Shown here: piece after piece, positions 11,189-19,228 of the stretch
How the letters are laid out: every line of letters begins with the position of its first letter
How positions within the stretch are numbered: the stretch's first letter is position 1
Assembly (NCBI GenBank): GCA_023253245.1
Contig: JALRHB010000001.1
Span: 1-40,158, forward strand
Source: Polynucleobacter sp.
GTDB lineage: Bacteria > Pseudomonadota > Gammaproteobacteria > Burkholderiales > Burkholderiaceae
Length of the DNA: 40,158 nucleotides
Reading direction: 5' to 3'
Program-made: the position numbers and the translations under genes
The notes under the pieces: model-generated
Seen by the model: the letters and a program-made list of their open reading frames with translations, nothing else
Database searches by the model: none
Told to the model about the DNA's origin: nothing

Positions 11189-12226
11189 ATGAACCGTATT
11201 CTGATCATCGCACCCAATTGGATTGGTGATGCAGTCATGTCTGAGCCACTCTTGGCTAAACTGAAAGAGCTTTACCCGCAATCTCATATTGATGTGTTAG
11301 CTAGCCCTTGGGTAGCCCCAATCTATAGAGCTTGTGTAGAAGTCAACGAGGTAATCGAAGCAGACTTAGTCCATAAGCATTTGCAATGGAGTTTGCGTCA
11401 ACAGTTAGCAAAGGATGTGCGAGCTAGACGGTACGATGTCTGCTTTGTTTTGCCCAATAGCCTCAAGTCTGCAATCATCCCTTGGCTTGCTAATATTCCA
11501 TCAAGAATAGGATATCGCGGTGAAATGCGCTTTGGCTTAATAAATCGCGCCCTAAATAATCCTAATAAAGTAAACCGGCCTCCGATGGTGCAGCACTATC
11601 TTGCCTTAAGCAGAAAACTTAATGAGTACGCCATATCTTCTATTGATAAGACTGTCGAACCAAGACTTCAAATCTCTTCTCAAGCTAGCAATGCTGTCAG
11701 CACCAAACTGAGTCAATCATCGATTGGTCAAGAATCTATTTACGTTTTTTGTCCTGGTGCAGAATACGGCCTCACCAAGCGCTGGCCAGCAGATCACTTT
11801 GCCCGTCTTGCACAATCATTGCTAAATGCAGAACCAGAGGCACAAATTATTCTTTTAGGAAGTAAGAGTGACCAGGTGCTCGCTCAAAGTATCTTAGCTC
11901 AAGCAAATAACCTTCCCCAGATTCATAATTGGTGTGGCAACACCTCCTTAGATGAAGCAATCGCCCTCATTGGCATGTGCAAGGCATTAATCAGCAATGA
12001 CTCTGGCCTAATGCATATAGCTGCTGCACTCAAGATTCCCCAAGTTGCCATATTTGGCTCAAGTGATCCTCATCACACGCCACCCCTATCAAACAAAGCC
12101 AAAATTCTCTACCTAAACCTAGCTTGTAGTCCCTGCCATAAAAGAGAGTGCCCCTTAGGTCACCTCAAATGTCTTCAAGATATTTCACCTACGATGGTGC
12201 TCGATTCAGTCAAAGCACTCTATTAA
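11189..12226 (+). CDS. waaF: ADP-heptose:LPS heptosyltransferase II (GT9)
   Basis: APNWIGDAVM, LPNSLKSA, CPGAEYG..KRWP and SNDSGLMHIAAA. Confidence 0.92.
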   Translation: MNRILIIAPNWIGDAVMSEPLLAKLKELYPQSHIDVLASPWVAPIYRACVEVNEVIEADLVHKHLQWSLRQQLAKDVRARRYDVCFVLPNSLKSAIIPWLANIPSRIGYRGEMRFGLINRALNNPNKVNRPPMVQHYLALSRKLNEYAISSIDKTVEPRLQISSQASNAVSTKLSQSSIGQESIYVFCPGAEYGLTKRWPADHFARLAQSLLNAEPEAQIILLGSKSDQVLAQSILAQANNLPQIHNWCGNTSLDEAIALIGMCKALISNDSGLMHIAAALKIPQVAIFGSSDPHHTPPLSNKAKILYLNLACSPCHKRECPLGHLKCLQDISPTMVLDSVKALY

Positions 12227-12265
12227 ATTTGTTATTTCTAATCCATATTAATAAAAGAGCACCCC

Positions 12266-12700
12266 ATGACTAAACTTGCCAGACTTTTTCAGAATGCAGA
12301 TGACGTGGTGGATGCTTGGCGAGATGCCCTCAGTCATCGTGATGTCAAAGGTGCTTTAGCCATCTGGCTGGATGATGATTCAATCACTTGCGTTCTTCCA
12401 GAAGGTCAGCGACTAAGTGGCCATGAAGAAATTAGAGCCGGTTTGGAGCGCCTATTGGCAAAACAAGCCTTATTTCTAGAACCTATTGCCTGCATCAGCC
12501 ATTCGGTATTGGGTGCCGCAATCTACGATACGACCGAGGCAGTGCATCTGCGCGCCAATCAAATTGAAGCGGAGTTTTTTCTCAACATCACCTTGGTCTT
12601 ATTACAAGATAGTCAAGGATGGCGTATTGCGCATTTACATGCCAGTCACTCCACTGAAGATACATTTGATGCACCATCTACGCCTCATGGGCTTCATTAA
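12266..12700 (+). CDS. NTF2/SnoaL-like fold protein of unknown function
   Basis: Size and the C-terminal GWRIAHLHAS motif are typical of SnoaL/NTF2-like proteins. Confidence 0.75.
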   Translation: MTKLARLFQNADDVVDAWRDALSHRDVKGALAIWLDDDSITCVLPEGQRLSGHEEIRAGLERLLAKQALFLEPIACISHSVLGAAIYDTTEAVHLRANQIEAEFFLNITLVLLQDSQGWRIAHLHASHSTEDTFDAPSTPHGLH

Positions 12701-12723
12701 AACCAGAGTAAAGACAACGCATC

Positions 12724-13323
12724 ATGGATGAGCAAGTCATTCGCTCGATGCTGAAGTGGCCAGATGTGCCCGATTGCTATGGGTGGTTAGCATTAGATCG
12801 GCGCGGCCAATGGCGCATGAGAAATGAATACGCACAAACTCATCGCTTGCCTGGAGCACTGATTGAGCATGTCGGCCTAAAAGAATACATTGCCCGCAAT
12901 TATGCTCACGATACTATGGGTAGGTACTACTTTCAAAATGGTCCTCAGAGAGTATTTGTATCTTTAGATAGCTGTCCTTGGGTTGTCCGCATACAAGCAA
13001 CATCAGATAACCCACAAACATTCAGCCTAAAGACACAATGCGCTAGCTCCATAGACCCTCTTGGCGCACTCAGTGACGAACTAGGAAATATTTATATTTA
13101 TGGAAATATTGCCAACGACTCGTCCACTACCGTTGCGCTATTACACGACCATGATTTAACGCTATTTTCAGAGCAGTCAAGCTTAGAAGAAGATGCATGT
13201 AGTTACAGAGGAAGTTGGAAGTGGGGTGATAAACATCTGCCAATTGATCCAATTGCCTCATCTCAATTAAGCGAGCGCTTTCATTTCATTCAATCCCCTA
13301 GCCAAGAGCCAGGGAATAATTAG
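12724..13323 (+). CDS. DUF2946-family protein
   Basis: N-terminal KWPDVPDCYGWLALDRRGQW and FQNGPQRV motifs, which I recognise from this conserved betaproteobacterial hypothetical family. Confidence 0.7.
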   Translation: MDEQVIRSMLKWPDVPDCYGWLALDRRGQWRMRNEYAQTHRLPGALIEHVGLKEYIARNYAHDTMGRYYFQNGPQRVFVSLDSCPWVVRIQATSDNPQTFSLKTQCASSIDPLGALSDELGNIYIYGNIANDSSTTVALLHDHDLTLFSEQSSLEEDACSYRGSWKWGDKHLPIDPIASSQLSERFHFIQSPSQEPGNN

Positions 13324-15029
13324 CTAGGCATATTTTTGCCTTGTTCTTTAAGCTCTTCCTGATATTGTTTTTGCATTTCACGTAGACGCGCATCGATGCT
13401 TGAGCCTTGATAAAAATCGGCAGCGCCAGAGGCTCTAGCAATCTTTAATTGCTCAATTGCCGAAGGCCAAGCACCTTCAAGCGCATATTTTTCACCTAAG
13501 GCGTAATGCCGCATAGGCACATTTTTCGCCTGGTCATAGGCATTCGATAACAATGTCCACCACACTACTTCATTGGGCTGCGCTCTAGTACGGGCCTTTA
13601 ACCAAGTAATTGCATCATTGGTGCGCCCTAACTTGAGATAAGCATTCATCATGGCAGCTCCAGCAGCATATGACTGCGGAAAAGCTTTCAAGGTTGCCTG
13701 AGCAATTTGAAGCGCTTCCTCATTCTTACCTTTAGCTAGGGCCAATTCAGAAGAAGTGATGTCTAGAGACAAACTTTGTCTGATAAGCGGGGATCCAGGC
13801 GCACTAGCACTATTAGCAAGATTACGGGCTTGCGCAAGATAGCTAACAGCCTGATCTATACGGCCTTGCTTTTGCGCAATGAGCGCCAAGCCATAAAAAC
13901 CCTCCATCTGCTTTCCAGGATTAGTTTGCTTACTTAAACTCTCAAAGGTATTTTTAAGATCGTACATACCACTTGAACTACCAGACTGCTCCATACGGGC
14001 ACGTGCCTTAATAAAGAAAAACTCTACAGCCGTAGAAACATTACGATTTGGTTGATTGCGCGCCCGATCTTGCATATCCGCAATCCGGTCTGTGGTTAAT
14101 GGGTGGGTACGCACATATGCTGGAACGCCATTATCCATAATGCCGGTAGCTTTTTGTAAGCGCTGAAAAAACCCAGGTGCGCCATTTACATCATAGCCAC
14201 TAGCAGCCAAAATCTGAAAGCCAATACGATCAGCCTCACGTTCAGCATCTCTTGAGTAAGAGAGTTGATTATTAACTGCAACTGCTTGGCCACCTTGCAT
14301 AAGACCAGATGCTGCACCAGGATTTCTTGAGGCAGCTAATGCCCCCAACAAAATACCAGCCAAGGCAATCATCGTATTGGTAGTTTGCTTATCCATTTGA
14401 CGAGCTAGGTGGCGTTGCAGTACGTGGCCCGTCTCATGCCCCATCACTGAAGCTACTTCTGAATCTGATTCAGCGCTTACTAATAAGCCAGTATGAAATC
14501 CAATAAACCCACCAGGCAAGGCAAACGCATTAATACTGCTATCTTTAACTGCGAACACTTCAAAGTTATAGGCGCCACTGCCTTGTTCATTAGCCCCGCC
14601 CAACTGCAACCTCTTGGCAGCTTGTAAAAGTCTGCGCTCCATTTGATTTAAAAAATCATAGATGGGCAAATCATTGGAATAGTCGGGATCCGGACGAATC
14701 TGACGCATGATCATCTCGCCATACTTTTTTTCATCCATACGACTTAAGGTGTCGCCCCCAGGGTCCCCCATATCAGGCAATATGAATGTCGGCTGAATCG
14801 GAGGCGCATTTCGGGTGGGCAAATTGGCTGAGCGCGCATCGGGCGACTGAACAGCCCTACCTAGATTTTGCAAAGCGGCAGACTCCCCTTGAACAGAGAC
14901 ATCCCCAGCAGGGGGAATGCTCGCACCTCCAGCGGCAACAGCACCTTGACAGCTCATTGCTAGAATCAATTGGCAAGCCAATAATCGCCTCAAAAAAGGC
15001 GTTTTATCAGATGTCTTTCTTTCCCTCAT
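13320..15029 (-). CDS. M48 family metalloprotease with TPR-like C-terminus (BepA/YfgC-like)
   Basis: [14 protein letters not shown] (HExxH), [10 protein letters not shown] and THP motifs; signal-like N-terminus. Confidence 0.9.
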   Translation of the reverse strand: MRERKTSDKTPFLRRLLACQLILAMSCQGAVAAGGASIPPAGDVSVQGESAALQNLGRAVQSPDARSANLPTRNAPPIQPTFILPDMGDPGGDTLSRMDEKKYGEMIMRQIRPDPDYSNDLPIYDFLNQMERRLLQAAKRLQLGGANEQGSGAYNFEVFAVKDSSINAFALPGGFIGFHTGLLVSAESDSEVASVMGHETGHVLQRHLARQMDKQTTNTMIALAGILLGALAASRNPGAASGLMQGGQAVAVNNQLSYSRDAEREADRIGFQILAASGYDVNGAPGFFQRLQKATGIMDNGVPAYVRTHPLTTDRIADMQDRARNQPNRNVSTAVEFFFIKARARMEQSGSSSGMYDLKNTFESLSKQTNPGKQMEGFYGLALIAQKQGRIDQAVSYLAQARNLANSASAPGSPLIRQSLSLDITSSELALAKGKNEEALQIAQATLKAFPQSYAAGAAMMNAYLKLGRTNDAITWLKARTRAQPNEVVWWTLLSNAYDQAKNVPMRHYALGEKYALEGAWPSAIEQLKIARASGAADFYQGSSIDARLREMQKQYQEELKEQGKNMPS

Positions 15030-15052
15030 ACCTATATGGTAAAACTTATCCC

Positions 15053-15532
15053 ATGAACAAACTAACTCATTTTGATAATGCCGGCCAAGCCCATATGGTC
15101 GATGTAGGCGATAAAGCCCATACCCACCGTATTGCCATTGCCTCAGGCAAGATCACAATGCTTCCTGATACCTTCAAAATGGTACAAAAAGGGTCGCACA
15201 AAAAGGGGGATGTCCTCGGCATTGCCAGAATTGCGGGCATCCAAGCCTCTAAAAAGACTTCTGATCTCATTCCCCTGTGCCACCCTATCGCCCTGACTCA
15301 CGTCAGCCTACAGTTTGATCTGAATGAAAAAACTAGCAGCATTCACTGCCAAGTTCGGGCTGAAACGACAGGCCCTACTGGAGTTGAAATGGAAGCCCTC
15401 ACAGCTGTCCAAGTCGCCCTACTTACAATTTATGATATGTGCAAAGCAGTAGACAGAGGTATGGTGATGGGTGATGTAATGCTACTGGAGAAGAGTGGTG
15501 GTAAGTCTGGCGAGTGGAAAGTCGTCGAATAA
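15053..15532 (+). CDS. moaC: Cyclic pyranopterin monophosphate synthase MoaC (true start ATG 15053)
   Basis: LTHFD...[28 protein letters not shown] and EKSGGKSG. Confidence 0.96.
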   Translation: MNKLTHFDNAGQAHMVDVGDKAHTHRIAIASGKITMLPDTFKMVQKGSHKKGDVLGIARIAGIQASKKTSDLIPLCHPIALTHVSLQFDLNEKTSSIHCQVRAETTGPTGVEMEALTAVQVALLTIYDMCKAVDRGMVMGDVMLLEKSGGKSGEWKVVE

Positions 15533-15546
15533 TTTTGGAGAACAAT

Positions 15547-15750
15547 ATGGCTGGCAAACTTAGCACAAACGGAATATCAATCCTAGCCAGTATTGGCGTG
15601 GGCATAACCATGACAATTCTGTACCTAACAGATGCAATTGGTTTATTTGCGGCGATTGTGCTAGCCCTATTGCTAAGTACAGCACTCAATTACATCATTC
15701 TTGGTAAAGAGGCTTTTAAAAGCAAATATCAAATTACCAAGAAAAAATAG
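15547..15750 (+). CDS. Small hypothetical membrane protein (67 aa, about 2 TM)
   Basis: GGAG at 15537-15540 precedes ATG 15547; two hydrophobic segments and a Lys-rich tail. Confidence 0.6.
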   Translation: MAGKLSTNGISILASIGVGITMTILYLTDAIGLFAAIVLALLLSTALNYIILGKEAFKSKYQITKKK

Positions 15751-15781
15751 AGAGTATTAACTCTATTGCTCTGCCGAAGCC

Positions 15782-16138
15782 TTATTTTTTCTTTCTTCCC
15801 CATGGCTCCATGTGAGCATGACGACGAATAATAAAATCAAAAATAATCTTCATCCAAATCGTAGAGCCAGCAATCGCTGACCAAGTCTCGTAGGGCAGAC
15901 CAACAATCAAAATTGCAAAAATATCGTAAGTTAATATTGCTGCACCTAGTAGATTCAGAATACCAACGAAAGGTGCAAACTTGCGAGGATTCTGTGGTGG
16001 TTTGTTATCTTTGATAGCAACTTCTGAATAATCCTTTTTAACCAGAATTCTCCATGCACGTCGATACCAGTAAAACGATATTGGGAACATGGCAAGAAAC
16101 AAAATCCATGTCAGAGCAGTACTGATATCAAAAACCAT
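15782..16138 (-). CDS. Hypothetical membrane protein (118 aa, about 3 TM)
   Basis: GAGG RBS before the ATG; three hydrophobic segments separated by basic loops. Confidence 0.75.
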   Translation of the reverse strand: MVFDISTALTWILFLAMFPISFYWYRRAWRILVKKDYSEVAIKDNKPPQNPRKFAPFVGILNLLGAAILTYDIFAILIVGLPYETWSAIAGSTIWMKIIFDFIIRRHAHMEPWGRKKK

Positions 16139-16172
16139 TGAATACCTCTTTCATTAAAGTCAAATCATTTTA

Positions 16173-16216
16173 GACTAATAAAAAAGGCCCACTTTCGAGG
16201 GCCTTTTTTATTAGTC
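16173..16216 (-). terminator. Intrinsic terminator after the symporter gene (bidirectional shape)
   Basis: Perfect 18-bp inverted repeat gactaataaaaaaggccc / gggccttttttattagtc with an 8-nt loop and T-tracts on both strands. Confidence 0.85.
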
Positions 16217-16256
16217 GGCACTAGCGAACTAGCACCGACAAGGACATGTGCACTAA

Positions 16257-18062
16257 TTAATGCGCACCATCCACTGCTTTTGCGCCGCGTGGAACACGGA
16301 CATTCTCAACCATTGCCTGAATATGAGCAGGAGGTTCTGCAGTTACTTTATCTACCAAGAAGGCAACGATAAAGTTAACGCCAGCACCGACTGCGCCGAA
16401 GGCTTCTGGAGTGATACCAAAGAAGCTATTTGCGCCGCCAATGAGACCAAGATACTCAGTACCCTTGATGAAGAAAATGCCTTTGTGTGCGAACACGTAG
16501 AACAAAGTGATTCCAAGACCAGCAAGCATGCCGGCAATAGCACCTTCTTTGTTCATCTTCTTAGAGAAGATACCCATCATGATTGCAGGGAACAAGGAGC
16601 TCGCAGCAATACCGAAGGCCAATGCCACAGTTCCCGCCGCAAACCCTGGTGGATTCAGGCCTAAGTAACCTGCCACGACGATCGATACCGCCATTGCAAT
16701 CTTACCGGACATCAATTCACCCTTCTCACTGATCTCAGGCATAAATACATTCTTGATCAAGTCGTGAGAAATCGCTGCAGAAATTGCCATCAATAAGCCA
16801 GCAGCTGTAGAAAGCGCCGCAGCCAAACCACCTGCTGCAACCAAACCAATAACCCAGTTAGGCAACATCGCGATTTCAGGGTTAGCCAACACGATGATGT
16901 CAGCATTCACTGTCAACTCATTGCCTTTCCAACCAGCAGCATTAGCCTTGTCAGCAGCAGCTTGATTTTTGGTCTTGTCGTTGTAGTACTGAATACGACC
17001 GTCACCGTTCTTATCAGTCCACTTTAACAAGCCTGTTTGCTCCCAGCGATTCATCCAGCCTGGACGAGTGTCGCCTTTGATGCTTGATTCAACAGCATAG
17101 AGATCACCACCAGTTGCAACAGCAGTGTTAACTGTAGCAATCAAGTTGTACTTTGCCATTGCAGCAACAGCTGGAGCTGTGGTGTACAAAGCGGCAATAA
17201 AGATCAACGCCCAACCAGCAGATGAACGTGCATCTGCAACTGTTTTCACAGTAAAGAAGCGCATGATCACGTGTGGCAAGCCTGCAGTACCAATCATCAA
17301 TGAGAGTGTGTACACAAACATATTGAGCTTGCTACCAGCAGTTGCAGTCGTATATTGACCAAAGCCCAGCTCAGTTACCACTGTGTCTAAGCGTGCCAAC
17401 AAGGAAACATCTTGACCAACCAAGTTAGAGCCCAAACCAATCTGCGGAATTGCAACCCCAGTCAATGCTAAGGAGATATAAACAGCAGGGATGATATAAG
17501 CGACGATCAATACCATGTACTGCGCTACTTGGGTATAAGTAATACCTTTCATACCACCGAACACAGCATACGCAAACACGATCGCCATACCTACATAAAT
17601 ACCAGTTTCCTTAGAAACTTCTAGGAAACGAGCAAATGCGATACCTACACCAGTCATCTGACCAATAATGTAAGTTAAGGAAGCTACGAGCAAGCACAGT
17701 ACTGCCACTGTAGACGCTGTCTTGGAGTAGAAGCGATCGCCAATGAACTGAGGAACTGTGAACTTACCGAACTTACGCAGGTAAGGAGCAAGCAAGAGCG
17801 CCAAGAGAACGTAGCCGCCAGTCCAACCCATGAGGAAGAGACCGCCGCCGTAGCCCATATTGGAAATCAAGCCAGCCATCGAGATAAAGGAAGCAGCAGA
17901 CATCCAGTCAGCAGCTGTCGCCATACCGTTCATTACTGGGTTAACGTCACCACCGGCAACGTAGAACTCGCTAGTAGAGCCTGCACGTGCCCATATCGCA
18001 ATACCGATATAGAGCGCGAAGCTCAGACCAACTATGAGATATATAGTTGTTTGTAATTCCAT
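16257..18062 (-). CDS. Sodium:solute symporter, ActP-like (cation/acetate-monocarboxylate; VC_2705-type subfamily)
   Basis: FYVAGG, NGMATAADWMSAASF, GGMKGITYTQV, GTAGLPH and AAALSTAAGLL; many TM segments. Confidence 0.9.
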   Translation of the reverse strand: MELQTTIYLIVGLSFALYIGIAIWARAGSTSEFYVAGGDVNPVMNGMATAADWMSAASFISMAGLISNMGYGGGLFLMGWTGGYVLLALLLAPYLRKFGKFTVPQFIGDRFYSKTASTVAVLCLLVASLTYIIGQMTGVGIAFARFLEVSKETGIYVGMAIVFAYAVFGGMKGITYTQVAQYMVLIVAYIIPAVYISLALTGVAIPQIGLGSNLVGQDVSLLARLDTVVTELGFGQYTTATAGSKLNMFVYTLSLMIGTAGLPHVIMRFFTVKTVADARSSAGWALIFIAALYTTAPAVAAMAKYNLIATVNTAVATGGDLYAVESSIKGDTRPGWMNRWEQTGLLKWTDKNGDGRIQYYNDKTKNQAAADKANAAGWKGNELTVNADIIVLANPEIAMLPNWVIGLVAAGGLAAALSTAAGLLMAISAAISHDLIKNVFMPEISEKGELMSGKIAMAVSIVVAGYLGLNPPGFAAGTVALAFGIAASSLFPAIMMGIFSKKMNKEGAIAGMLAGLGITLFYVFAHKGIFFIKGTEYLGLIGGANSFFGITPEAFGAVGAGVNFIVAFLVDKVTAEPPAHIQAMVENVRVPRGAKAVDGAH

Positions 18063-18074
18063 GAAAATCTCCTG

Positions 18075-18335
18075 TTAGTCTTCGTGAACGTCGAACTGAC
18101 GGTCAATTTTGCCCATACTGCTCTTGTACCACCAAATCAAGGCGATAAAGATCACTATGGAACCTTGTTGAGCAAACCAAAATCCAAGTGGGTATCCACC
18201 AAGAAAAAATGCATTCATTTGTTCAACAAATAAAATGCCGGCGCCGAAAGAGACTAGGAACCAAACAATCAGGATCTTAGTCAATAAGCTCAGGGTAGCT
18301 TTCCAGTAGCCGTGAGCGTCATGAGAATGTTGCAT
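18075..18335 (-). CDS. DUF4212-type small membrane protein (putative symporter small subunit)
   Basis: YW...L..L.VWF.VSFG, GYPLGFWFAQQGS and D..FDV.E motifs; GGAG RBS; directly upstream of the symporter. Confidence 0.88.
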   Translation of the reverse strand: MQHSHDAHGYWKATLSLLTKILIVWFLVSFGAGILFVEQMNAFFLGGYPLGFWFAQQGSIVIFIALIWWYKSSMGKIDRQFDVHED

Positions 18336-18575
18336 ATTCCCTCCAGAGAATCGCTTTAGTTATAACCATAATTCCAGGTTTCCCCAGAGTCCTATCCGAT
18401 AAATGACTACACAATGCTTAGCCATTTATCATTAATCGCTAATATCGTGGGAATTGCTAAAAGAAATAACTAGTATTAACCCTAAAAATTACTAGGTAAA
18501 AACCCCTGATTTCTTTATAAAAAACAAGCACTTAATTGTGCGAAGCCCCATGGCTTAAGGGATCATCGTCATTTA

Positions 18576-19226
18576 TCAATGACGCGGCAATTTTCTCAAG
18601 CGCTTCTCTAATTCTTCAATTGCCTCGATTGAATTGGCATGTTGCTTTAATAACGGCCAAATCTGCATCATGATTTCTGCAGTGGCAAAGGTGTCGGCAG
18701 CAGCTTGATGACGCACAGCGCACTCAATTCCCAAGAACTGCATCCAGTCATCCATATATTTCGCCTTGACCTCAGGATGGCACTTTGCGACCAAAGGCTC
18801 AATATCAATCCAAGCATTTTTGAGCTTTCGACCCAAGTATTGCTTGAAGGTTTTTTGAATCATGGCTTCGTCAAATACTGCATGAAAGGCAAATAAAGGA
18901 GCATCCCCAATCCATTCCTCAAACTTGAGCAAGGCCGCTGGCGGATCTTCTCCACTTTTTTGAGCATCTACCCCTATTCCATGCAACAAGATGTTTTCTT
19001 TATCGGATTTTCTACTGGGGTCTTGCTTGAGAACCACCTCAAAACTATCGGCAAGATCTATTTTGAGACTTTGTGTAATTGGGTCTAAGTGAAGAGATAC
19101 CGCTGCAATTTCTATTAAGCTCGCTTTACGGGTATTTAAACCCGTAGTCTCCACATCTAAAACCACCCAGCGGTAAGGATGCATGGGTGCCCTGCCCCAC
19201 AAGCCCTTAATCCAATCGATATTCAT
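18576..19226 (-). CDS. DEDDh 3'-5' exonuclease (DnaQ-like)
   Basis: ExoI VVLDVETTGL, ExoII FHAVFD and ExoIII HQAAADT. Confidence 0.9.
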   Translation of the reverse strand: MNIDWIKGLWGRAPMHPYRWVVLDVETTGLNTRKASLIEIAAVSLHLDPITQSLKIDLADSFEVVLKQDPSRKSDKENILLHGIGVDAQKSGEDPPAALLKFEEWIGDAPLFAFHAVFDEAMIQKTFKQYLGRKLKNAWIDIEPLVAKCHPEVKAKYMDDWMQFLGIECAVRHQAAADTFATAEIMMQIWPLLKQHANSIEAIEELEKRLRKLPRH

Positions 19227-19228
19227 TC

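Noticed and set aside
14786-15052. 89-aa N-terminal extension of MoaC in the ORF track
   Set aside because: It overlaps the opposite-strand M48 protease gene, and MoaC homology starts at ATG 15053.
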